A DNA stretch of 64,000 bases from Thermoproteota archaeon (GTDB lineage: Archaea > Korarchaeota > Korarchaeia > Korarchaeales > Korarchaeaceae): the NCBI GenBank assembly GCA_026986575.1, contig JALSOH010000006.1, positions 224,001-288,000 on the forward strand. The letters run 5' to 3'. The notes below the pieces were generated by a model. The model saw nothing but the letters and a program-made list of their open reading frames with translations. It ran no database searches and was not told the DNA's origin. Shown here piece after piece: positions 1 through 9,729 of the stretch (position 1 is its first letter; each line of letters begins with the position of its first letter). Position numbers and translations under genes: made by a program.

Positions 1-96
1 CCCTTTTCATGTTATCCCCTACAATTGCTGAGTCCGTGGGACCTCGGTGATGTTTCGATCCGTCATACAAAATCGTTTTATAATGTATTTCACTGT

Positions 97-324
97 GTGA
101 TACTGACGAGTTCGGTAGTCACGGTCCGAGTTCCGAAAGAGCTGAAAGAGAAAATGAAGAAGCTAAAAGTTAACTGGAGCAAAGAAATAAGGAAATGCAT
201 AGAAGAGAAGGTCAAAGACTACGAACTGCTGGAGACCATAGATAGAGTTAGGAAGGAGGCCCGAAAGAGAAAGGTAAAGACGGATTCGGCTCAACTCATT
301 GGAGAGGACAGGGAGAGCAGATGA
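97..324 (+). CDS. VapB-like antitoxin (ribbon-helix-helix)
   Basis: SSVVTVRVPKELKEKMKKLKVNWSKEIRK RHH pattern; ATGA overlap with PIN gene; start moved to GTG 97 (or CTG 103) downstream of TTTATAA at 77-83. Confidence 0.8.
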   Translation: MILTSSVVTVRVPKELKEKMKKLKVNWSKEIRKCIEEKVKDYELLETIDRVRKEARKRKVKTDSAQLIGEDRESR

Positions 325-743
325 AGGTTCTGAATGCATCATTTCTCGTCAAGCTAGTGCTGGATGGGGAAGGATCTGAGGAGGCCGAGAGATCCATCAA
401 GGACTGGATATCAGGCGGTGAAAGGGTATGTACCGTCGATCTCGTGATACCAGAGTCCACTAACGCCATATGGAGGCAAAACGTTCTGGGGGAACTCGAT
501 AGAGTGGAGTGCTAGGAGGCCGCTGAGGATTTGCTAAGCTTAGTGAGTAGGATGGAAGTGCACCAAGTGGGTGAACTGATCATGGAGGCCCAGGATATAG
601 CGATGAGGTACGGGATCGCCGTGTATGATTCTCTTTACTTGGCTCTAGCCATCAGGAGGGGAGCGGATCTTGCTACATTCGATCGAAAGCTGAGGGATGT
701 GGCCTCGAAAATCGGGGTGAAGACGTTCCCCATAACGGACTAG
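321..743 (+). pseudogene. VapC/PIN toxin, interrupted
   Basis: ORFs 321-515 and 531-743 are in the same frame, split by TAG 513-515; PIN motifs (E..NAIW, YDSLYLALA, LATFDRKL) present; first catalytic Asp reads Asn (VLNAS). Confidence 0.85.
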
Positions 744-829
744 ATATGAGACACTAGGGTACCTCCTCTTTCCTTGGATCAGCTGAACAAGGTGTCGGCT
801 TCAATTCTAACCTTGATTTCCTTCCTATG

Positions 830-1459
830 CTAGATGTACTTGAATAGGTTGAGGTAGGCCTCGGTGCTGAGCTCTATCACCCTGCCTTCGTCCACGTAGG
901 TCACAAGGATCCCATTAAGCTTGGCCTTCCTCAGTAGCTCCATGGGTATGGGTGGATTTCGATAATACCTGTCCAGCAACTCCTTCCACTTCCTCAGCTC
1001 TATATCCGACCTTGCATGGGGCGGGGTGAGGAGGAAAGGAGGTATCTCCATTAGGTAGGTGGGGGGTGCCGCTAAATAGAATCTATCCGCGTACTGGCTA
1101 TACCTAGCGATCTTGCTGGCTATCCTCGCCCTGCAGAAACTGTCGGGATCCAAGGCATGGTCCGGAGGCACGAAGCCAGTTTCCACCTCTACTATCACCT
1201 TTCCCCCGTTCGTGCCCATTACATCGCATCTGAGGTCGTCCACTTTAACCTCTACATCCACCTGATATCCCTTTATGATCAGGTGAGCCGCTATCACCAG
1301 CTCCATGGCCGAATGATTTATCTTCACGGCCCCAGCTATGTAAAGCTCCGTCAGCCTGTCGATGAGCGGTCTCAGCCTGCCAGCCGGTGGACCCCCTCTC
1401 CCCTCTATCCTCTTGGCCAGCTCCTCTAGGTCGGACCTGAATCTCCGGGTATCCGGCAC
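830..1459 (-). CDS. Hypothetical protein, PD-(D/E)XK nuclease-like fold
   Basis: H..MEL...GYQVDVE...RCDV...IVEVETG pattern. Confidence 0.6.
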   Translation of the reverse strand: MPDTRRFRSDLEELAKRIEGRGGPPAGRLRPLIDRLTELYIAGAVKINHSAMELVIAAHLIIKGYQVDVEVKVDDLRCDVMGTNGGKVIVEVETGFVPPDHALDPDSFCRARIASKIARYSQYADRFYLAAPPTYLMEIPPFLLTPPHARSDIELRKWKELLDRYYRNPPIPMELLRKAKLNGILVTYVDEGRVIELSTEAYLNLFKYI

Positions 1460-1645
1460 CTGTGATCGACCTCTAAATAGGTATTAAGGCAGCGCGATGA
1501 CACTTTTTAATAAATCAATGACTATCCACTGGCAGGTGATTTCATTGAATGTGATGCAAACCGTTCTCTAAACAAAGAAATTATTTAGGATGCTTCCCAG
1601 AGTGAGGATGAAAATAGAACAAGAAAGCAGGGAGGTCTAAAGGTA

Positions 1646-3634
1646 ATGGCCCATAATGAAGCTCAAGGTGAGGAGAAATGCCTTAGTCTTGTACTGATCA
1701 AAGATATATTGTCGTTGAAAGAAGGCATTTCAAGGGCATTATTTGGAATAGTTGCCATCTATTACGCAAAAGTTTACTTTGAACTCTTAAAGAAAATTGT
1801 TCAAAATGGAATAAGTTTAGATATTATTTCTAAGATAATTATGGAGGTAAGAAATTTAATTTTAATAGTTGTATCAATTATATTTTTAACAGTTTTAATA
1901 AGATGTTTTATGATAAAGATAATAAGAAAGAACTTCATCTACAGAGCGGTAGTAGCAATTTATTTACATTTTTATTATGATTTTAAAATTAAATTATTGA
2001 GTTACCTTATAAACAAAATAAATACTCTAAGTAATGATGTAAGACAGTCTCAGTGGGAATCATTAAGATATTTGAAGATGTTTGTACTAACTTTGCTTGC
2101 GAGATTGATAGGACTTGGCGAATCCGAATTTATTAGAGAAGCTGCTATCTACATAGAAGAAACTAAAAAATTTAAAGAGAAATATTCATCTAATGTAAAA
2201 AAATATCTTCCTACAGTGCCTATGTCGTCAGAAGCCGTGGGAAAACCACTGCTAGTAAAAACTAATCACTTAAAGTATGGCTTCTACTGGAAGCCTTTTG
2301 ATTATACAATTTCACTTCTTTATGATGGGGCTCAACTTTTAAATATGATAAGTAATAAGGATAAGGAGAGAAGAAGAATAATATTAGAAGTGAATTTGTG
2401 TCAAGAAAAGAACGGACTTTTATCAATTTATAATAACGCAGGTAAGGTATTTATTTACGAACATTATGTTAAAAGATGTCTTGAATCGAGGGACTGTAAG
2501 AAAAAATTGGAGAGGCTAGCCAGTGAAATACATAACAGGATCAGAAAACCAATAACGTGGAAAGGAATTTATAAATTCCCTAAGGAATCACTCCCACTTC
2601 CTCTAAGATGGGCTTCAGGAGGAGTACTTCCCATAGCTTATTATAAAGAAAATTTTTGGTTTGTTCTCTTCTACCGGAACTTCTCCCCAATGTGCTGGAA
2701 TTTACCGTTGGGGGCATCAGAGACATTCAGTGAGCAGGAGAAGGTGGATATCATGTCTACCCGTGAAAGTATGGAGGAGATTTTACTAGTAGACAATGAG
2801 CCAGACAGGGGAAGTACACTTACACTAAAACCTATTTTCCCCCGAACGTCTCTGGAATTTAGATACATAAATGAATATATATGGCCAAAAGTTTATTCAT
2901 ATTTAAAAGAATATGCTAAACTCAGGCACCAACAAGACGGTTTTTCTATAAAGATACCTGAGGATCTCGGAGGGATATCAACTCCTGCTGGGGAGATATC
3001 CACTCCATATGATGTCAAAATTAAGTACAGATCCAAAAAAGAATCAATGATCCAAAATGTTTTATTTATAATAAATCCTGAGGAATTAGGAATAGAAATT
3101 ATACGACCCTTTATTTTCCTTATGAACGATGAGGACTATATACTTTGGGGGGAGATATGGAAGGGCGCATCAGCTATACCTAGAACTCCCGTACTACTTC
3201 TATCAGTTGATTATGTGCAAAATATCATCAAAAAGGGGGGAAAGTTTGGTGATAAATTGAAAGGTAACTATAAGAGATGCTCAGGATGTAGGTCGATTAT
3301 TAAAATTCCTAAGGAAAAATATGTATTATTCTACAAGGACATTCTCTTTGCCAAAGAGAGATTAGAGAACCTGAAGAGGCTGCCTAATCCGTCTTACAAA
3401 GAAAAACTTGAGATAAAAAGCCTTCGATGGCATAGTAGTTACTCAAAACAAATAGATTCGCTAATAAATTCAGCTAGAAAAGGCGGAGACCTAACTCTTA
3501 GAGAACATAGTATATTCATGAATTTCTGCCCGACTACTTGGAGATCTTTTGAAATACTTTACACTATCGAACGTTTAGATAAAAACTTTTTAGATAACAT
3601 GCTGAAAATCTGGTTTCTTGAGCGATTTCATTAA
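1646..3634 (+). CDS. AT-rich 662-aa protein: N-terminal TM helices plus divergent Nudix-like domain
   Basis: Hydrophobic N-terminal segments; GVLPI...FVLFYR...WNLPLGASE...RESMEEIL resembles an elongated Nudix box; strongly AT-rich relative to flanks. Confidence 0.6.
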   Translation: MAHNEAQGEEKCLSLVLIKDILSLKEGISRALFGIVAIYYAKVYFELLKKIVQNGISLDIISKIIMEVRNLILIVVSIIFLTVLIRCFMIKIIRKNFIYRAVVAIYLHFYYDFKIKLLSYLINKINTLSNDVRQSQWESLRYLKMFVLTLLARLIGLGESEFIREAAIYIEETKKFKEKYSSNVKKYLPTVPMSSEAVGKPLLVKTNHLKYGFYWKPFDYTISLLYDGAQLLNMISNKDKERRRIILEVNLCQEKNGLLSIYNNAGKVFIYEHYVKRCLESRDCKKKLERLASEIHNRIRKPITWKGIYKFPKESLPLPLRWASGGVLPIAYYKENFWFVLFYRNFSPMCWNLPLGASETFSEQEKVDIMSTRESMEEILLVDNEPDRGSTLTLKPIFPRTSLEFRYINEYIWPKVYSYLKEYAKLRHQQDGFSIKIPEDLGGISTPAGEISTPYDVKIKYRSKKESMIQNVLFIINPEELGIEIIRPFIFLMNDEDYILWGEIWKGASAIPRTPVLLLSVDYVQNIIKKGGKFGDKLKGNYKRCSGCRSIIKIPKEKYVLFYKDILFAKERLENLKRLPNPSYKEKLEIKSLRWHSSYSKQIDSLINSARKGGDLTLREHSIFMNFCPTTWRSFEILYTIERLDKNFLDNMLKIWFLERFH

Positions 3635-3661
3635 AAATTAGACTAGCTAACCAGCAAAGGG

Positions 3662-5098
3662 TTGAATGCGTTGATCCTGACCAAGATAGTAGCGACAATA
3701 GGCCCAGCTTCCTCTACCATGGAAGTGGTAAAGGGGATGATAGCGGAGGGCATGTCCGTTGCTAGAATGAACTTCTCCCACGGCACCCTAACTGAGAAAG
3801 CCAACCATATAGACTTGGTTCGTAGAGCCGCTCACGACCTTGGACTGAGGATAGGACTTATGTCCGACCTTCAAGGACCGGAGGTCAGAACCCACATGGG
3901 GAGGAAGGAACTGAAGGTAGAGGAGGGGGATGTGGTAACGGTCAGCGGGAAGGAGGGCTTGGGAGAGATCAAGATAAAGCCTTCCAGCGTCCTCAGAAAC
4001 TTGGCAGAGGGAGACGAGTTATTCATCGATGAAGGTAGGATCAGGCTCGTAGTGGAGGAAGTCGGAGATGTCCTGAAGTGCCGGGTGGTGCATGGAGGAG
4101 TGATAAGGGACAAGAGGTCGGTACACGCCTCGAAGCCCTTTGACCTCAAGGGGATTACCGAGGAGGACAGGTTAGCCATGAAGCTCTCCGTGGAGAAAGG
4201 AGTGGACTTCATAGCCCTCTCCTTCGTCAAGACGGTGGAGGACATTATAGAAGCTAAAGAGTTCTTGAAATCGCTGACTGACGATCCTCCCTCCCTAATA
4301 GCGAAGATAGAGACAAGAGAGGCAGTTGAGAACGCTAAGGAAATTCTGGAGGAGTCCTATGGGATAATGGTGGCCAGAGGAGATTTAGGCGTTGAGCTCC
4401 CGCTGGAGGAAGTGCCCCAGATCCAGAAGAAGCTGATAAGACTGGCTAACGAGGCCGCCAAGCCCGTGATAACCGCCACCGAGATGCTGGAATCCATGAC
4501 CTCGAGCCCCGTCCCGACTAGGGCGGAGGTAACTGATGTGTACAACGCCATAATGGATGGGAGCGACGCCGTCATGCTGTCAGCGGAGACTGCTGTTGGT
4601 AAGTATCCCGTACTGAGCGTCAGGTGGATGAGGGTCATAGCAGAGAGCGCTGAGCGTTCTCTAACCCCGAGGATGGACTTTCCCCTCACTTCGAAGGCTG
4701 CTTTCATAGGTAAGGCGGCCGTGGAGGCGGCGGAAATGCTGAAGAGCCCCGTCATACTGTGCTTCACCTACACGGGATTCACCGCTAGGCATGTGGTGAG
4801 GCACAGGCCCAAGGCCAGAATACTAGCTCTCCTAAGCAGGGAAAAGACTAGAGGTTTACTGACCCTGAGCTGGGGAGTCGAGAGCCTCCTCGTCTCCCAA
4901 GACTTGGACGAGGCCGTGAGGCAAGCGGTTAACCATTGCTTGGAAAGGGGGGCGTTGAACATTGAGGATACCATAGTTGTGACGTTCGGACATCCTCACG
5001 GAAGGGCCAAGACGAACTCGCTCAGGATACTCGGCGTCGAGGAGGTGCTTCAAGCGGGGGAGCCGAATCCCTCCCCCACCACCGGCCCGCCATCGTAG
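3662..5098 (+). CDS. pyk: Pyruvate kinase
   Basis: TKIVATIGPAS, RMNFSHG, IMVARGDLGVE, PTRAEVTDV, MLSAETAVG. Confidence 0.97.
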   Translation: MNALILTKIVATIGPASSTMEVVKGMIAEGMSVARMNFSHGTLTEKANHIDLVRRAAHDLGLRIGLMSDLQGPEVRTHMGRKELKVEEGDVVTVSGKEGLGEIKIKPSSVLRNLAEGDELFIDEGRIRLVVEEVGDVLKCRVVHGGVIRDKRSVHASKPFDLKGITEEDRLAMKLSVEKGVDFIALSFVKTVEDIIEAKEFLKSLTDDPPSLIAKIETREAVENAKEILEESYGIMVARGDLGVELPLEEVPQIQKKLIRLANEAAKPVITATEMLESMTSSPVPTRAEVTDVYNAIMDGSDAVMLSAETAVGKYPVLSVRWMRVIAESAERSLTPRMDFPLTSKAAFIGKAAVEAAEMLKSPVILCFTYTGFTARHVVRHRPKARILALLSREKTRGLLTLSWGVESLLVSQDLDEAVRQAVNHCLERGALNIEDTIVVTFGHPHGRAKTNSLRILGVEEVLQAGEPNPSPTTGPPS

Positions 5099-6270
5099 GC
5101 GAGCTCTCCCCTCAGGTAGACCCTCTCCACCATCCAGCCCATCTCCCTGAACGGAGTGAACCTCGCCTTGGTGTAGAGGTAGTCCTCCCTCACCGTCCAC
5201 AGTTCTTTCCTAAGGACAACTAGATCAGCAGAGCTGCCCGGCGCTATTTTCCCCCTTCTCAGCCCTAGGTGGGCCGCTGGCCTTGAGCTATACATGTCGA
5301 TCACCTCGGCCGGGAGCACCCCCTCCCCCACTAGGGTCATGAGCAGGGGGGCCATCAAGTCGAGCCAGGGGATCCCGGGAGGCATCTCCTCGTAGGGTCT
5401 TGACTTCTCCTCAGGGCTGTGAGGTGCGTGATCCGTGACTAGGAAGTCCGCCATCCCAGCATGGACCATGCGCCTGAGCTCCTCCATCACGGGCTTGGAC
5501 CTGAGCGGTGGATTGACCTTGGCCAAGGACCTTAGAGCAGGTGAGTCCTCGATGCTGTAGAGGATGTGGTGCGGCGTGACCTCGGCGCTCGCATTCACGC
5601 CCCTCACCTTGGCCTCCTGCACCAGCCTCAGGGTTGTAGGAAGGGTGGAATGGGCTATCCTGACCTTGGTGCCGTGCCTCTCGGCCAGCCAGAGGACCCT
5701 CCTCACCGCCACCTCCTCCGCCAGCTCCGGGTGCGCCCTCCAGTGGTCCTCCACCTTCTTAGGTTTTTCCGCCTCCTCGAGGATGAGGGGATCCTCAGCG
5801 TGGACCACCACAACCTTTCCCAGCTTCGAAGCCCTCGAAAACACCTCATTAAGGTCGTTCATCAGATCAGAGGGGAAGAGCTTCATCCCTACCACGTAGC
5901 TCTCATCTGGGAGGAAGGGGTAAGCGGTGTAAAGCATGAAGTCCACGTAGCTCTCCCTGTCAACCTCTTCTAACTTCCTCCTGAGGACTTCCGGATTGTC
6001 CACCCTCGGGACATTGTTCGGCATGTCCACAACGACGGTCACCCCTCCGTGCAATGCGGCGAGAGATTCGGTCCTCCACTCCCCCTTGTGCCTCTGCTCC
6101 AGACCCCTCATATGGACGTGAAGGTCCACGAAACCTGGGAGTATGACTCCAACGCTTGTGCAGGGACTGTCGACCTTTCTGGAGATCCTGAGAATGGTGG
6201 ACTCGAACTCGACACAGACCTCCTCAAATCCCAAGGAGGGCAGATATGCGAGGCCACACAGACATGTCAT
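5050..6270 (-). CDS. pyrC: Dihydroorotase
   Basis: PGFVDLHVHMR, DMPN, KVNPPLR, TDHAPH; last gene of pyr operon. Confidence 0.92.
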   Translation of the reverse strand: MTCLCGLAYLPSLGFEEVCVEFESTILRISRKVDSPCTSVGVILPGFVDLHVHMRGLEQRHKGEWRTESLAALHGGVTVVVDMPNNVPRVDNPEVLRRKLEEVDRESYVDFMLYTAYPFLPDESYVVGMKLFPSDLMNDLNEVFSRASKLGKVVVVHAEDPLILEEAEKPKKVEDHWRAHPELAEEVAVRRVLWLAERHGTKVRIAHSTLPTTLRLVQEAKVRGVNASAEVTPHHILYSIEDSPALRSLAKVNPPLRSKPVMEELRRMVHAGMADFLVTDHAPHSPEEKSRPYEEMPPGIPWLDLMAPLLMTLVGEGVLPAEVIDMYSSRPAAHLGLRRGKIAPGSSADLVVLRKELWTVREDYLYTKARFTPFREMGWMVERVYLRGELAYDGGPVVGEGFGSPA

Positions 6271-6289
6271 CTCTTAACACCCCACCAAG

Positions 6290-7096
6290 TCATCTGGAGA
6301 GAGCTCCCAGCGGGACCCTCCTGCCGTCGAAATCCCTCCAGTACTTCCCGAAGTCCTCAGAGGCCATCAATATCGAGCCGTCGAAGACGGGACCGTCCCT
6401 GCACACGAGGAGGCCCTGTGGCTCTAGGACACATGCTCCGCAGAGCCCTACAGCGCATCTGATCAGCCTCTCTAGGGACGCCTCCACCCCTATGCCCCTT
6501 TTCACTGCCTCGGACACCATCTTCACCATCATCGCCTCTGGCCCGGCGGTGTAAACGAAATCCAATCCCTCATAGTCGATGTGTTCCGTGATGAACCCGC
6601 TGAGCCCGTAGGATCCATCGTCCGTGCTCACCACGAGCTTGTTCGAGAGCTCCCTCATGAGGTCCTCAAGCATCACCTCCTCCGCGTTCCTGAATCCAGC
6701 GTAGAACTCGATCCTCACTCCCTCCCTGCTCCTGAGCGCGCCAGCCAAGTTTATGAGGGGGGCTATGCCGTAGCCCCCTCCCACGAGAGCGACCTTTCCT
6801 TCAACTTCTGTGGTGAAGCCCCTACCGTAGGGTCCCCTTATCCAGAGCCTGTCCCCAGCTTCGAGGGAGTGGATGGCCGAGCTCACTCTACCCACTCTGG
6901 CCATCAGCAGCCAGGTCTCCCCGCTCCCCTCTCTGGCCACGCTGACTGGTATCTCTCCTACCTTGGGGACCCAGACCATCACGTACTGACCGGGTCTCGC
7001 CCCTACCTCGCCCTCCAGCACGATCTTCCTCACTCTTGGGGTGAGGGGCTCACTCTCAATTATTGTATGGGGCCTATGTCCCGGCGAGCTGCGCAA
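6290..7096 (-). CDS. pyrK: Dihydroorotate dehydrogenase electron transfer subunit
   Basis: [40 protein letters not shown] [2Fe-2S] motif. Confidence 0.92.
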   Translation of the reverse strand: MRSSPGHRPHTIIESEPLTPRVRKIVLEGEVGARPGQYVMVWVPKVGEIPVSVAREGSGETWLLMARVGRVSSAIHSLEAGDRLWIRGPYGRGFTTEVEGKVALVGGGYGIAPLINLAGALRSREGVRIEFYAGFRNAEEVMLEDLMRELSNKLVVSTDDGSYGLSGFITEHIDYEGLDFVYTAGPEAMMVKMVSEAVKRGIGVEASLERLIRCAVGLCGACVLEPQGLLVCRDGPVFDGSILMASEDFGKYWRDFDGRRVPLGALSR

Positions 7097-7547
7097 TGAC
7101 CTCTTCCTCCGTCAGGTACTCGCCGCAGTACTCGCAAACGAGCTTGAGGGGCTTCCTCGATATCACCCTGAACGATGGATGAACCGCCTCTCTCGGAGCG
7201 TTAGTGACGCACTTGGGGTTGACGCATCTCACTATCCCCTCTATCTTATCGGGGAGCTCCACCTTCCTCTTCTCCACCACCTCGTAATCCCTCACTATGT
7301 TGATCGTGGCAGTAGGTGCTACTAGCGCTATCTTGTTCACCTCCTCACTGCTGAGCTCCCTTCCCTCGACCTTCACGATGTCCTTCTTCCCCAGCTTCTT
7401 GCTGTAAACGTTCATCACCATGGAGACCATGTAGCCCTCCTCTCCCGTGATCCCCAAGATGCGTAGGACCTTGAGGGCCCTCCCGGCGGGGATGTGATCT
7501 ATCACGGTCCCGTTGCTTATCCTCCTGACCACCAACTCCTCACTCAT
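7074..7547 (-). CDS. pyrI: Aspartate carbamoyltransferase regulatory subunit
   Basis: [25 protein letters not shown]...CEYC zinc site. Confidence 0.96.
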   Translation of the reverse strand: MSEELVVRRISNGTVIDHIPAGRALKVLRILGITGEEGYMVSMVMNVYSKKLGKKDIVKVEGRELSSEEVNKIALVAPTATINIVRDYEVVEKRKVELPDKIEGIVRCVNPKCVTNAPREAVHPSFRVISRKPLKLVCEYCGEYLTEEEVIAQLAGT

Positions 7548-8434
7548 GGTATCACCTCCCTCAACAGGGCCATCCTGATGGGAACCCCGTAAGCGGCCTG
7601 CTTGAAGTAGCGGGCGTGGGGCGTGGAGTCCACGTCCAGAGCAATCTCATCCACCCTCGGGAGGGGATGCAGGATTATCATATCCTCTTTAGCGTTCTTG
7701 AGCAGGGCGGCATCGATCCTGTAGCTCCCCTTGACCCTCTCGTACTCAGCCGGGTCGGGGAACCTCTCCTTCTGTATCCTAGTCACATAGAGGACATCCA
7801 GTTCCGGTAGCACCTCCTCCAAGTCAGCGAACTCCCAAGGCATCTTCAACGTGTCTAGGAGCTCCTCCTTAGGGCGTAAGCTCTCAGGAGCTATCAGATA
7901 CACCTTCTTAGGTGAGTATAGGTTCAGCACTCTAAGGAAGCTGCCTGAGGCTCTCCCGTACCTAAGATCTCCCAAGATCCCGTACACCAAATTATCTATC
8001 ACCTTTTTCTCCCTCCATACCGTATAAAGGTCTATCATGGCCTGAGTGGGGTGCCTCTTTGACCCGTCCCCAGCGTTTATCACCGGGGCCTCGGCCAGCT
8101 CCGCAGCCAGCTTGGCAGCCCCCTCCAGACTGTGCCTCACGACTATCACATCAGCGTACGCGTCGAGCATCCTTATAGTGTCGGAGAAGGTCTCTCCCTT
8201 AGCTATTGAGGTGCCCTGAACGGCATCGAATCCTATATACCCGCCTCCCAGCCTTAGGGTAGCGGTCTCGAAGCTGAGCCTCGTCCTAGTACTGGGTTCG
8301 AAGAAGGCAAGGGCCACCACCTTCCCCTTCAGCTCGTCCCCCTCGAACTTGGAGGAGGCTATCCTGAACAGCCTCTCCAGCTCATTACGGGTGAAATCTA
8401 GTATGGAAAGAACATCCTTCCCACTAAAACTCAA
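7544..8434 (-). CDS. pyrB: Aspartate carbamoyltransferase catalytic subunit
   Basis: [30 protein letters not shown]. Confidence 0.97.
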   Translation of the reverse strand: MSFSGKDVLSILDFTRNELERLFRIASSKFEGDELKGKVVALAFFEPSTRTRLSFETATLRLGGGYIGFDAVQGTSIAKGETFSDTIRMLDAYADVIVVRHSLEGAAKLAAELAEAPVINAGDGSKRHPTQAMIDLYTVWREKKVIDNLVYGILGDLRYGRASGSFLRVLNLYSPKKVYLIAPESLRPKEELLDTLKMPWEFADLEEVLPELDVLYVTRIQKERFPDPAEYERVKGSYRIDAALLKNAKEDMIILHPLPRVDEIALDVDSTPHARYFKQAAYGVPIRMALLREVIP

Positions 8435-9012
8435 TATCCCACCTCTTCAAGGTAGATCTCCGCGTATTTCCTCTCCTCGGGGGAGAGATCCGGGAGAACA
8501 GACCTGACTATATCGGGGAGGGTCGCGATACTCCTCAACTCTACATCCAACTCTTTCAAGGACTCCCTCGCACCCTGAAGCCTGTCCACCACGACCCAGG
8601 CCTCTTTGACCGCAGCTCCCGCCTCCCTGACCGCCTCAACGGCCCTCCTAAGTGACCCACCCGTGGTGGCCACATCGTCTATCACCACGTACTCCCGCTC
8701 GCTCACCACCCCTTCCATCCTGCTCATCGTCCCGTGTTCCTTCCTCTCCTTCCTGATGTAGATTAGGGGCCTAGAGGTCAGCATGGCCACTGCTGTAGCT
8801 AGAGGTAGGCCCCCGACCGCGACTCCGCATATCCCACCATCCCCTATCCTCCCTGCCAGCTCCTCTGAGATCGCCTTGAACTCTTTCGGGAATGAGGGAA
8901 GGGGCCTCAGATCTACGTAGATGGTGCTCCTCCGGCCGGAGGTTAGCAGAAAGTCTCCGAACTTGAGCATGCCCCTACTCACTAGGATTAGTCCTAACTC
9001 AGCGCTTTCCAT
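8431..9012 (-). CDS. pyrE: Orotate phosphoribosyltransferase
   Basis: [30 protein letters not shown]. Confidence 0.95.
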   Translation of the reverse strand: MESAELGLILVSRGMLKFGDFLLTSGRRSTIYVDLRPLPSFPKEFKAISEELAGRIGDGGICGVAVGGLPLATAVAMLTSRPLIYIRKERKEHGTMSRMEGVVSEREYVVIDDVATTGGSLRRAVEAVREAGAAVKEAWVVVDRLQGARESLKELDVELRSIATLPDIVRSVLPDLSPEERKYAEIYLEEVGY

Positions 9013-9667
9013 TAAGGATCACCCTCTGAGCCTCCACCACACTCCTTGCGGCCTTAACAGGATTTTCGCTCCTCAGAATGGATCTGCCCACTATCTCGAA
9101 GCTCGCACCGGCCTCCAAGGCAGATCCCGGCTTGGCACCCTGAAAGCCTATACCTGGGGAGAAGATCTGGACGTCGGGAAGCCGTCTCCTCGCCTCTCTG
9201 ATCATCTCCGGTCTAGTAGCCCCGACGACGATGCCCATGACGTTGAGTAGCCTCGCTTCCTCCAGCAGCTTGATGAAGTTCTCCCTGATGAGTTTAGCTT
9301 GGGGATGGCTCATGCCCGCCACTCCGATTAATTCCAATTCAGTCTCGTACCTCCTGTGCCCTGTGAACAGGTGTATTATAGCGGCGTCCATGCCCATCTC
9401 CCTGAACCTGTCTAGGATGTGCTCGACCACGTCAGGTATATCTGCTAGTTTGAAATCTGCGATCCAGTAGTAGTGCTCGTGCCTGCTTGCTAGCTCCTCT
9501 ATTCCCTCCCATCCGATGGTCAGTGCTAGGGGAAAACCCACCTTCACGCCCACCACGTAGTCCCTCAGCCCATTAAGGAGCCCATCCAAGTCTCCAGATG
9601 GGAAGTCTAACGCGAGAATCAACCGGGAGTCCAGAAAAGAGGATCTCTCGACGAGCTTGTTCCCTAT
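8999..9667 (-). CDS. pyrF: Orotidine 5'-phosphate decarboxylase
   Basis: LILALD, ADFKLADIP, SPGIG.QG, IVGRSI; frame is open to ATA 9667 (track start is TTG 9622). Confidence 0.93.
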   Translation of the reverse strand: MGNKLVERSSFLDSRLILALDFPSGDLDGLLNGLRDYVVGVKVGFPLALTIGWEGIEELASRHEHYYWIADFKLADIPDVVEHILDRFREMGMDAAIIHLFTGHRRYETELELIGVAGMSHPQAKLIRENFIKLLEEARLLNVMGIVVGATRPEMIREARRRLPDVQIFSPGIGFQGAKPGSALEAGASFEIVGRSILRSENPVKAARSVVEAQRVILNGKR

Positions 9668-9729
9668 TGGAACCCTTCCTTAGGTCCTCCTCCTAACTAT
9701 ATAAGTTGATGGGGGTTATGCCATCTCCG

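Noticed and set aside
513-515. Amber read-through or pyrrolysine recoding in vapC
   Set aside because: TAG is the normal stop of many genes here (pyk, icd, argH), no pyl genes are in the window, and the catalytic Asp is also lost.
1518-1640. Two 16-17-codon ORFs upstream of the AT-rich gene
   Set aside because: Weak RBS support and no distinguishing composition; expected by chance.
5050-5098. Convergent 3' overlaps (pyk/pyrC, also 57423-57466 and others)
   Set aside because: Common in compact archaeal genomes; no evidence of function.
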